A stretch of 64,000 nt of DNA from Actinomycetota bacterium (GTDB taxonomy: Bacteria; Actinomycetota; Acidimicrobiia; Acidimicrobiales; Ilumatobacteraceae), in contig JBAXER010000006.1 of the NCBI GenBank assembly GCA_037140375.1, forward strand, positions 975 to 64,974, given 5' to 3'. The notes beneath the pieces are model-generated. The model saw only the letters and a program-made list of their open reading frames with translations, had not been told where the DNA came from and searched no databases. Below are positions 27,918-35,725 of this stretch, piece after piece (the stretch's first letter is position 1; every line of letters begins with the position of its first letter). Both the position numbers and the translations under genes were made by a program.

Positions 27918-28580
27918 ATGGACCGCCACGCTGTTGCACAGATGCTTGACCATACGCTGCTGAAGCCCGAGGCAACGCCCGAGCAGGTGGTTGCGCTGTG
28001 TCGTGAAGCCGTCGAGCTTCAGGTGTTTGCGGTGTGCGTTTCGCCGTCGATGGTGGGTGTTGCCCACGCAGCATTGGTGGGCACCACAGTACGCACCGCC
28101 AGCGTGGTTGGGTTCCCTTCGGGGGCTCATCCGGCTGCGGTTGTCGCTGCCGAAGCCGCATCGGCCGTTGCTGCTGGTGCCGATGAGGTCGACATGGTCA
28201 TCAACCTCGGTTGCGCAAAGGCAGGCGATTGGGCGGCCGTTGAAGCAGGCATCGCAGCGGTACGCGCCAACGTGCCCGGTCCCGGTTTACTCAAGGTGAT
28301 CATCGAGTCCGCGGCGTTGAGCAACGACGAGATCGTGCTTGCATGTCAGGCAGCGATGCATGCGAACGCTGACTTCGTGAAGACCTCAACCGGTTTTCAT
28401 CCCACCGGCGGAGCCACTCTCGAGGCCGTGCGGCTCATGCGTAACACGGTTGGCGCCGCGTGCGGCGTGAAGGCCTCGGGTGGCGTTCGCACCGCTGAGG
28501 TTGCTCTCGAAATGATTGCGGCAGGCGCGAACCGCATCGGCACGTCTTCGTCTGCGGCCATTCTCGACGCACTGAGCTGA
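27918..28580 (+). CDS. deoC: deoxyribose-phosphate aldolase
   Basis: 220 aa starting at [20 protein letters not shown]. The Schiff-base Lys context is [10 protein letters not shown]. The C-terminal region carries [10 protein letters not shown]. Confidence 0.9.
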   Translation: MDRHAVAQMLDHTLLKPEATPEQVVALCREAVELQVFAVCVSPSMVGVAHAALVGTTVRTASVVGFPSGAHPAAVVAAEAASAVAAGADEVDMVINLGCAKAGDWAAVEAGIAAVRANVPGPGLLKVIIESAALSNDEIVLACQAAMHANADFVKTSTGFHPTGGATLEAVRLMRNTVGAACGVKASGGVRTAEVALEMIAAGANRIGTSSSAAILDALS

Positions 28581-28595
28581 CCCAAGTTGCGGGGT

Positions 28596-29867
28596 TCAAC
28601 TGCGCAAGATGTCTGCAATGAGCGGCGGTGTTTCGATGGGTTCAGGCGCAATAGTGATTGCGTCGATGAGTGCCTCAAGCGCCCCGCCGAGTCGATCGGC
28701 ATTGTCGATGTGCAACTCGAGAATCGGTTGACCTTGCTCGACGACCTCACCTGGTTTCGCGAGGCACACCACGCCTGCAATCGGGCTCACCGGATCCTCT
28801 TTGCGCGAACGGCCAGCGCCGAGCCTCCACGCCCCCACGCCCACAGCAAATGCATCGAGACGGGTGATGTAGCCCGATTGTTCAGCCCGAACAATCTCAC
28901 GTTGCGCCGCAACCGGTATCGGTGCATCTGGGTCGCCGCCTTGAGCGCGAATCATCTGGTTCCACACGCCTAGCGCCTGCCCGTTCTGCAGCACCGATGC
29001 GGGATCGATATCGATCTTGACAAGCGTCAACATCTCGCGCGCAAGCGCGAGCGTGATCTCACGAAGGTCGTCGGGGCCGCCGCCATTGAGCGCCTCGATC
29101 GACTCGGTGATCTCAAGTGCATTGCCAGCGCTGCGCCCGAGCGGCGTGTCCATGCGCGACAGCACTGCGGTGGTGCGCACACCATGAGCCGCACCCAGCC
29201 GCACCATCGTCTCGGCGAGCTCACGCGCCTGATCGAGCCGCTTCATAAACGCGCCGCTTCCGAAGGTGACGTTCAGTACAAGCGACTCGGTGCCTTCGGC
29301 GATCTTCTTTGACATGATCGACGACGCGATCAACGGAATCGACTCGACGGTTGCCGTCACGTCTCGCAGCGCATAGAGCTTTCGATCAGCCGGAGCGAGA
29401 CCCGCCCCGGCTGCGCAGATCACCAAACCAATGTCGTGCAATTGGCTCAGCATCTGCTCGGGTGTGAGCGATGCCTGCCATCCGCTGACGGCCTCAAGTT
29501 TGTCGAGCGTGCCTCCGGTGTGGCCGAGGCCCCGGCCCGAAAGCTGCGGCACTGCTGCACCGCAGGCAGCCACTAACGGACATGCAACCAAGCTCACTTT
29601 GTCACCGACCCCGCCGGTTGAGTGCTTGTCGACCGTGGGCCTGCCAACGGTCGACAGGTTCATTCGGTCGCCGCTATCGATCATCGCCGCAGTCCACTCA
29701 GACAACTCTGCGGGGTCAAGGCCGCGGAACACAATGGCCATCAGCATCGCGCTGGCCTGTTCGTCGGCGATGCGGCCGTGGGTGTACGAGTCGATAAACC
29801 AGCGGACTTCGGCGTCGCTGAGACGGCCGCCGTCGCGCTTGGTGCGAATCAGATCTACTGCCTGCAT
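28596..29867 (-). CDS. deoA: thymidine (pyrimidine-nucleoside) phosphorylase
   Basis: 423 aa starting at MQAVDLIRTKRDGGRLS. The phosphate-binding motif VDKHSTGGVGDK is present. The gene is convergent with deoC. Confidence 0.9.
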   Translation of the reverse strand: MQAVDLIRTKRDGGRLSDAEVRWFIDSYTHGRIADEQASAMLMAIVFRGLDPAELSEWTAAMIDSGDRMNLSTVGRPTVDKHSTGGVGDKVSLVACPLVAACGAAVPQLSGRGLGHTGGTLDKLEAVSGWQASLTPEQMLSQLHDIGLVICAAGAGLAPADRKLYALRDVTATVESIPLIASSIMSKKIAEGTESLVLNVTFGSGAFMKRLDQARELAETMVRLGAAHGVRTTAVLSRMDTPLGRSAGNALEITESIEALNGGGPDDLREITLALAREMLTLVKIDIDPASVLQNGQALGVWNQMIRAQGGDPDAPIPVAAQREIVRAEQSGYITRLDAFAVGVGAWRLGAGRSRKEDPVSPIAGVVCLAKPGEVVEQGQPILELHIDNADRLGGALEALIDAITIAPEPIETPPLIADILRS

Positions 29868-29947
29868 GCCCCAAGCCTCGCGCAGCTGGAACCGTGTGCT
29901 GAACGGACCTCGCTCTTCGCACTTCGCTATAACGTTGCCCACTAACT

Positions 29948-31042
29948 ATGACGATCACTTCTTCGCGCAGCACCGCACCGGTGCGATACGGCATTATCGG
30001 CTCGGGAATGATGGGCTGCGAGCACATCCTCGATATCGCCAAGATCGACAACGCCGAGGTTGTCGCGCTCAGCGACCCGGTTCAGTCGTCCCTCGATTTT
30101 GCCGCTGCCTGTGCAGGCCGCCCCGTCGACACGTATCACGATCATCGGGCGTTGCTCGAGCGTGACGATCTCGACGCAGTGGTCATTGCGTCGCCCAACT
30201 TCACGCATGCAGCACTGCTTGCCGACGTCCTCGCCACAGACCTCGCGGTGATGGTCGAAAAGCCAATGTGCACAACGGTCGCCGACTGTCTCGACGTGCG
30301 TCAGCGCGCCGCCGGCCGCGAAGCAATGACGTGGGTTGGTCTCGAATACCGCTACATCCCGGTTGTATCCACCTTGCTCCAACAACTCGCTACTGGCGTG
30401 TGCGGCACGACGCGCATGGTGTCGATTCGCGAGCACCGATTTCCGTTCTTGGTGAAGGTAGGTAACTGGAATCGCTTCAGCGAAAACACCGGCGGCACCT
30501 TGGTCGAGAAGTGTTGCCACTTCTTCGACCTGATGCGATTGGTCGCGGGCGCCGAGCCAACGCGTGTGTTCGCCTCTGGCGGTCAAGACGTGAACCATCT
30601 CGACGAGGTCTACGACGGCCGTGTGCCCGACATCTTGGACAACGCGTTCGTTGTCGTCGACTTCGCCAACGGCGTGCGCGGCGCGCTTGATCTGTCGATG
30701 TTCGCCGAGGGCGGCCGATTCGAACAGGAGATCACGGTGGTAGGCGACAACGCGAAGCTCGAGACCACCTTCCCCGGCAACAGCGTGTTCGTGGGTCGTC
30801 GCCATCAGCCCGGCGTTGACGAGGTAGACGCCCCCACGCCGGCCGACGTTCCCTATCCCGAGTTCCATGGCGGCTCGTCGTATCTCGAGCACCTTCGCTT
30901 CATCGAGTGCTTACGCACAGGTTCGCCCGCCGAGGTCACCGTCGACGACGGCCTCTGGTCGGTTGTGATGGGGGCGGCAGCGCACCGGTCCATCGACGAG
31001 GGCCGAGCGGTGCACATCGCCGAATACGAGCTCGATCTGTAA
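29948..31042 (+). CDS. Gfo/Idh/MocA family oxidoreductase
   Basis: 364 aa. The N-terminal Rossmann motif is VRYGIIGSGMMG, followed by the EKP motif (VEKPMC). Confidence 0.85.
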   Translation: MTITSSRSTAPVRYGIIGSGMMGCEHILDIAKIDNAEVVALSDPVQSSLDFAAACAGRPVDTYHDHRALLERDDLDAVVIASPNFTHAALLADVLATDLAVMVEKPMCTTVADCLDVRQRAAGREAMTWVGLEYRYIPVVSTLLQQLATGVCGTTRMVSIREHRFPFLVKVGNWNRFSENTGGTLVEKCCHFFDLMRLVAGAEPTRVFASGGQDVNHLDEVYDGRVPDILDNAFVVVDFANGVRGALDLSMFAEGGRFEQEITVVGDNAKLETTFPGNSVFVGRRHQPGVDEVDAPTPADVPYPEFHGGSSYLEHLRFIECLRTGSPAEVTVDDGLWSVVMGAAAHRSIDEGRAVHIAEYELDL

Positions 31043-31109
31043 CAGCAGTTGGCTGTCGGCCCTCGTCTGGCTTTGTGGGAATCACTCTCATTATGGCTAG
31101 AGTGCGGCG

Positions 31110-32057
31110 GTGAAGTTCGTTCGAATCGTGCTGCTAGCAACAGGTCTTGTGGCCCTGTCAACGGCTTGCGGTAGCTCGGGAACATCCACATCGTTTGAGC
31201 CGGGCAAGGTGAACGTTGCGGCGGCCCTGTATCCGATCGAAGAGATCGTTCGAGCCGTCGGTGGTTCGCAAGTCTCGCTGGTCGAGCTGATCCCCCCGGG
31301 TCAACCAGCGCATGACTACGAGCCCACTCCGCGCCAGATCACCGATCTGGAATCGGCCGATGTCGTCTTCTATTTCGGCGGTGGATTTCAACCCGGCGTC
31401 GAGAAGGCCGTGGCCTCGCTGCCGAGCAGCGTGCGCAAGGTCGATCTGCTGAAGAGCGTCGAGCTCATTCCGGTCTCGCAGCAACTCGCTGGCACCGATG
31501 GCGCTGTCGATGGCGAGGTGCTTGGCGACGGCTCTGATCCCCATGTGTGGTTGTCGCCCACCAACATGCAACTGATGGTCGAGCAGGTACGAGCAACGCT
31601 GGTTGCCTTCCCTTCGTTCGATGCTCCTTTGGCCGCCACTGGCGCTGCCTCGTTTACCTCGAGACTGGCCAAGCTCGATGCAGATTTCCGCAGTGGTCTA
31701 GCGAACTGCGTGAGTCGAGTGATTGTTACGGCACACCGAGCGTTTGGTTACGTGGCTCACGATTACAACCTTGAGCAGATCGCGATTGCGGGAGTGTCGC
31801 CGACTGACGAGCCATCTGCAAAAACGCTGCAGGCGATTTCGCGCAGCGCTCAGGACCACAAGGTCACCACGATCTTTTTCGAGACCAACCTGCCCGTCGA
31901 GTTATCGAAGATGATCGCCAACGAGGTTGGTGCCGCCACCGACGTGCTCGACACGATCGAGACATTGTCAAGCGATCAGATCGCCAGTGGAGCCGACTAC
32001 GTTTCATTGATGCAGTCGAATCTTGCCGCTCTCGAAAAAGGCCTCGCCTGCTCGTGA
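31110..32057 (+). CDS. metal (Zn/Mn) ABC transporter substrate-binding lipoprotein (cluster A-I, ZnuA/TroA-like)
   Basis: 315 aa with a GTG start and the lipobox LSTACGSS. DPHVWLSP is typical of the family. The metal specificity cannot be decided from the sequence alone. Confidence 0.85.
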   Translation: MKFVRIVLLATGLVALSTACGSSGTSTSFEPGKVNVAAALYPIEEIVRAVGGSQVSLVELIPPGQPAHDYEPTPRQITDLESADVVFYFGGGFQPGVEKAVASLPSSVRKVDLLKSVELIPVSQQLAGTDGAVDGEVLGDGSDPHVWLSPTNMQLMVEQVRATLVAFPSFDAPLAATGAASFTSRLAKLDADFRSGLANCVSRVIVTAHRAFGYVAHDYNLEQIAIAGVSPTDEPSAKTLQAISRSAQDHKVTTIFFETNLPVELSKMIANEVGAATDVLDTIETLSSDQIASGADYVSLMQSNLAALEKGLACS

Positions 32058-32806
32058 GCCACTCACACGACGGCGCAGTGCTCGAGTTGCACGATGTCGG
32101 CGTTCGCTACGGCGACCGCGAGGCGTTGCGCAACGTCACGTTCTCAGTGCGCGCTGGCGAGTTAGTTGGTGTCATCGGGCCCAACGGTGCCGGCAAGAGC
32201 ACGTTGTTCAAAGCCATTTGCGGCCTAGTGAATCACTCGGGCGAAGTAGATGTGAACGGCGTTCACTGCCACGATCGAGTCGACCGAATGGACGTTGCAT
32301 ACATCCCGCAGCGCAGCGAGGCCGATCTGCTTTTCCCCATCACTGTGGGCGAGTTGGTGATGGCTGGGCGTCGTCGCTTTCGGTCGTGGCATCAGCGCAC
32401 AACGGTGGCCGATCGCGCTGCGGCCATCGAGGCATTGGCAGCGGTGAACCTCTCGGGATACGAGGCACGCTCGTTGTCTGAGTTGTCGGGCGGCCAATTG
32501 CAGCGCGCGTACATCGCCCGAGCGCTTACTCAACAGGCTTCGGTTGTGCTGCTCGATGAAGCGCTCAGCGGCGTGGATCAACCCACCACCATCGAGTTGT
32601 TCGACTTGTTCGCCACGCTCAGTAAGTCGGGCACAACGTTCTTGTTTGCCACTCACGATCTTGCGTTGGCTCGCCATCGGTTCGACCGACTCATCGCTGT
32701 GAACGGCACCATCCAAGGTGATGGCTCTCCCGAGCAGGTTCTGGCGCCGGCAGTACTTGACTCCACATTTGGATCAGGCTCAAGCTCGTCGCAGGGCGGT
32801 CACTGA
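32054..32806 (+). CDS. metal ABC transporter ATP-binding protein
   Basis: 250 aa. Motifs are Walker A GPNGAGKST, signature LSGGQLQR and Walker B LLDEALSG. The start overlaps the upstream stop by 4 nt. Confidence 0.9.
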   Translation: MSHSHDGAVLELHDVGVRYGDREALRNVTFSVRAGELVGVIGPNGAGKSTLFKAICGLVNHSGEVDVNGVHCHDRVDRMDVAYIPQRSEADLLFPITVGELVMAGRRRFRSWHQRTTVADRAAAIEALAAVNLSGYEARSLSELSGGQLQRAYIARALTQQASVVLLDEALSGVDQPTTIELFDLFATLSKSGTTFLFATHDLALARHRFDRLIAVNGTIQGDGSPEQVLAPAVLDSTFGSGSSSSQGGH

Positions 32807-33642
32807 TGCATTGGCTCACCGATCCTTTCCAGGCTGAGTTCATGCAGCGCGCCTTCATCGCAGCGATCATCATCGGCGTGGTCGCCCCAGTTGTAGGCAC
32901 TTGGATTGTGCTTCGGCGCATGGCCAACCTCGGCGATGCAATGAGCCACGGAACCCTTGCTGGTGTTGGCCTAGCGTACGCAGCGGGCATCAACGTGTTG
33001 CTCGGCGCAATTGGCGCGGGCCTCCTCATGGCAGCGCTGCTGTTGCTGTTTTCGTCGAACCGCCGCATCGGTCAAGAGACAGTCATCACCGTGCTTGGCA
33101 CAGCGTTTTTCGCTGTGGGTGTAGTGGTCATCTCGCGCATCGACACCGGTGTCGAGCTGAGTCACTTCTTGTTCGGCCGTCTGCTTACTGTGAGTTGGGG
33201 CGACATCTGGCTGAACCTTGCGCTCGGTGGTGGCACGGTCTTGGTGGTCATGCTGCTCTTCGGCGAGCTGCGTCTCGCTACCTTCGATCACGTGCAGGCA
33301 GAGCAGGTGGGTGTACACGTAGAGATCGTGCAAGCCGTGCTGGTGCTGCTGCTGTCGGTTGTTGTTGTCATCAGCCTTCGCGCAGTAGGAACCGTGATGT
33401 CGGTCACGCTGTTGGTCACCCCTGCTGCTACCGCTCGACTGTTGGCGCGCACGCTCAAGCAGATGACCTTGATCGGCGTGTTCATTGGTGTTGCCGTTGG
33501 CGTGGTTGGGCTGATGATCAGCTACCACCTCGACTCCGCGCCGGGTGCCACGATTGGGCTACTTGCAGCGGCCGTGTTTGCCGTGGTGTTTGCGGCCACG
33601 TTGCCCCGCCGCAACAAGCACCATCACCGCCCCCTGCTCTAA
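32806..33642 (+). CDS. metal ABC transporter permease (ABC-3 family)
   Basis: 278 aa with 8-9 TM helices. The N-terminus is FMQRAFIAAIIIG. The start overlaps the upstream stop (TGATG). Confidence 0.9.
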   Translation: MHWLTDPFQAEFMQRAFIAAIIIGVVAPVVGTWIVLRRMANLGDAMSHGTLAGVGLAYAAGINVLLGAIGAGLLMAALLLLFSSNRRIGQETVITVLGTAFFAVGVVVISRIDTGVELSHFLFGRLLTVSWGDIWLNLALGGGTVLVVMLLFGELRLATFDHVQAEQVGVHVEIVQAVLVLLLSVVVVISLRAVGTVMSVTLLVTPAATARLLARTLKQMTLIGVFIGVAVGVVGLMISYHLDSAPGATIGLLAAAVFAVVFAATLPRRNKHHHRPLL

Positions 33643-33661
33643 CCCCCGCCTCAAACCCTGT

Positions 33662-33710
33662 TGCATGGGCGCGATTTGGGACAACTGCTGTCCCAAATCG
33701 CGCCCATGCA
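33662..33710. terminator. perfect 22-bp inverted repeat (5-nt loop) between convergent genes; probable bidirectional terminator
   Basis: The left arm tgcatgggcgcgatttgggaca spans 33662-33683. The loop is actgc. The right arm tgtcccaaatcgcgcccatgca spans 33689-33710. There is no U-tract on either side. Confidence 0.55.
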
Positions 33711-33731
33711 GACATTTGCGACGCGATCGGG

Positions 33732-34967
33732 TCAGTCGACGAGGGCTTGCTGCACCAACTGGCTGAGCTGGCTACGCAACGGATGGGTGTCGGATGGCAG
33801 CAGCTGGGTCATGAACACGCACGTGATGTCTTCGATTGGGTCCACCCAAAAGGTCGTGCTGGCCGCGCCGCCCCATCCGTAGGTGCCGAGCGAGTTGGCA
33901 AGCTTGGCTGCGACTGGGTCGATGGTGACCGAGCCAAGGAGGCCGAAGCCCACGCCGTCGTAAGGCGTTTCGCTGAACAGCGGACGGCCGAACGAGGTGA
34001 GGTCGACCCCGCCCGGCAGGTGGTTCTTGGTCATGTACTGCACGGTGCGCGGCGAGAGAATGCGCACGCCATTGAGCTCGCCCTTGCGGCGAAGCATGTC
34101 GGTGAAGCGCAGGTAGTCGGCCATCGTAGAAACCAGGCCGCCGCCGCCAAGGAACGCCGATGGCACCTTGAGCGCCGCTTTGCCAGCCTCGGCCAGCAAC
34201 ATTGCCTTGCCGGTGCCGGGGTGTGCGCCGTAGAGCGCAGCGAGGCGATCGGCGTCGTCGGTAGGCACTGAGAATCCGGTGTCGGTCATGCCCAACGGGG
34301 TGAAGAGGCGGGTGCGCAAGAACTCATCGAGGGTCTGACCGGTGATGACTTCGATGACGCGACCAAGCACATCGATCGACATTGAGTAGTTCCACTCGGA
34401 GCCCGGCTGGAATACCAGCGGCAGATTGGCGAGACGGGTGCACACCTCGGCGAGGGTGTCGACCTGAGGTGATCCGAAATCGAAGCCACCGCGGCGATAG
34501 AGATCGTCTACTGGATGGGCATACATGAATCCGTAGGTCAAGCCTGAGGTGTGGGTCATCAGATGCCACATCCGCATTGGTTCCATGAGCGGCTCGAGCA
34601 CAGGGTTTACTACCGAGCCGGCTCGCCACACCTTCTGGTCGGCGAACTCGGGGATGAACTTGCTCACTGGATCCTTGAGCTCGAACAGACCCTCTTCCCA
34701 GAGCATCATCGCGGCCACCGACACGATGGGCTTGGTCATCGAGTAGATGCGCCAGATGGTGTCGTCGGTAACTGGCACTCCTGCGGCGATGTCGCGCTGG
34801 CCGTAGATCTGCGAATGGGCGAGCTTGCCGTTACGGGTGACGGCAAGCTGGTATCCGGCCAAGCGGCCGTCGTCGACGTACTTGTTGAAGTGGGTGTCGA
34901 GCCGAGCGAGGCGTGAGGCATCGAAGCCCAACTCGGAGGGATCGGCGGCCAAGAGGTGTGCGGTCAT
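33732..34967 (-). CDS. serine hydrolase, beta-lactamase (class C/esterase EstB-like) family
   Basis: 411 aa. The SxxK motif lies in YSMTKPIV. A downstream Tyr-containing motif and WGGAASTTFWVDP near the C-terminus are also present. Confidence 0.85.
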   Translation of the reverse strand: MTAHLLAADPSELGFDASRLARLDTHFNKYVDDGRLAGYQLAVTRNGKLAHSQIYGQRDIAAGVPVTDDTIWRIYSMTKPIVSVAAMMLWEEGLFELKDPVSKFIPEFADQKVWRAGSVVNPVLEPLMEPMRMWHLMTHTSGLTYGFMYAHPVDDLYRRGGFDFGSPQVDTLAEVCTRLANLPLVFQPGSEWNYSMSIDVLGRVIEVITGQTLDEFLRTRLFTPLGMTDTGFSVPTDDADRLAALYGAHPGTGKAMLLAEAGKAALKVPSAFLGGGGLVSTMADYLRFTDMLRRKGELNGVRILSPRTVQYMTKNHLPGGVDLTSFGRPLFSETPYDGVGFGLLGSVTIDPVAAKLANSLGTYGWGGAASTTFWVDPIEDITCVFMTQLLPSDTHPLRSQLSQLVQQALVD

Positions 34968-35005
34968 CTGCGCACTGTAGAGCGGCAGCGGCCAAGGTTG
35001 CCGAG

Positions 35006-35031
35006 TTGGCCTCGCGGCTTGGCCTCGCGGC
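35006..35031. repeat. 13-bp perfect tandem direct repeat (x2) in the thrH / serine-hydrolase intergenic region
   Basis: ttggcctcgcggc at 35006-35018 is repeated exactly at 35019-35031. Confidence 0.9.
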
Positions 35032-35044
35032 GTGGCCGCGACGA

Positions 35045-35668
35045 TCAGGTGAGCTGGGCGACGATCAGTGCCAACAGTTCGTCGTATTCGTCGACGGCGG
35101 TGAACTGCGGGAACATGGTCTTGATGCTGTCGGGTGCGTGAAACAGAAAGCCCGCGTCGGCTTCGGCAAGCATCGCGGTGTCGTTGAACGAGTCGCCAGC
35201 GGCGATGACTCGATAGTTCAACCCGTGCAGGGCGCGTACGGCCTCGCGCTTTTGGTCGGGAAGGCGAAGTTTGTAATCGACGATCTGATCGTTCTCGACC
35301 ACGAGTCGGTGGCAGATCAACGTGGGGAATCCCAACTGGCGCATGAGTGGCTGGCCGAACTGCTCGAACGTGTCGGAGAGCAGCAAGACCTGAGTCATCG
35401 AGCGAAGTGTGTCGAGGAACTCGCGGGCGCCCTCGAGCGGCGACAACGTGGAGATCACGTCGGCAATGGTTGACATCGTGAGCCCGTGCTCGCTGAGCAA
35501 TTGCAGGCGGCCGCGCATGAGCACGTCGTAGTCGGGTTCGTCGCGAGTGGTGCGGCGCAACGCTTCGATGCCGGTGCGCTCAGCGACGGCGATCCAGATC
35601 TCGGGAACGAGCACGCCCTCAAGATCGAGGGTGACGATGGATTGTTGCGGGGTCGACGTTGCACTCAC
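35045..35668 (-). CDS. thrH: ThrH-type HAD phosphatase (phosphoserine phosphatase / homoserine phosphotransferase)
   Basis: 207 aa with a GTG start. It is near-colinear with my memory of Pseudomonas aeruginosa ThrH. Shared blocks are LDLEGVLVPEIWIA, DYDVLM, LSDTFEQFGQPLMRQLGFPTL, YRVIAAGDSFNDTAML and FHAP. Confidence 0.85.
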   Translation of the reverse strand: MSATSTPQQSIVTLDLEGVLVPEIWIAVAERTGIEALRRTTRDEPDYDVLMRGRLQLLSEHGLTMSTIADVISTLSPLEGAREFLDTLRSMTQVLLLSDTFEQFGQPLMRQLGFPTLICHRLVVENDQIVDYKLRLPDQKREAVRALHGLNYRVIAAGDSFNDTAMLAEADAGFLFHAPDSIKTMFPQFTAVDEYDELLALIVAQLT

Positions 35669-35725
35669 AGTTGAACATTGTTCACGATGGGCGCACTTGG
35701 ATACGAAAGCAACGACAATCTGCGC

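Noticed and set aside
29942-30892. 316-aa minus-strand ORF
   Set aside because: It is antisense to the Gfo/Idh/MocA oxidoreductase gene, which has the Rossmann and EKP motifs. The same reasoning applies to the antisense ORFs 18554-19336, 36290-37261, 37908-38858 and 59704-60486.
31043-31109. Searched upstream of the metal ABC importer for a Zur/MntR/IdeR-type operator
   Set aside because: Only a weak aat...att symmetry (aatcactctcatt) is present. There is no convincing palindrome and no match to the operator consensus sequences I remember.
32901-34271. 456-aa plus-strand ORF
   Set aside because: It is out of frame inside the metal ABC permease gene and then antisense to the serine hydrolase gene. 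It also spans the 22-bp hairpin. Its composition is Arg/Ala/Gly-rich, so it is a GC artefact.
35672-35684. TGAACAtTGTTCA considered as a second LexA box
   Set aside because: The half-sites GAAC/GTTC are separated by 3 nt, not the 4 nt of the Cheo/mycobacterial SOS box. It is kept only as an unexplained palindrome.
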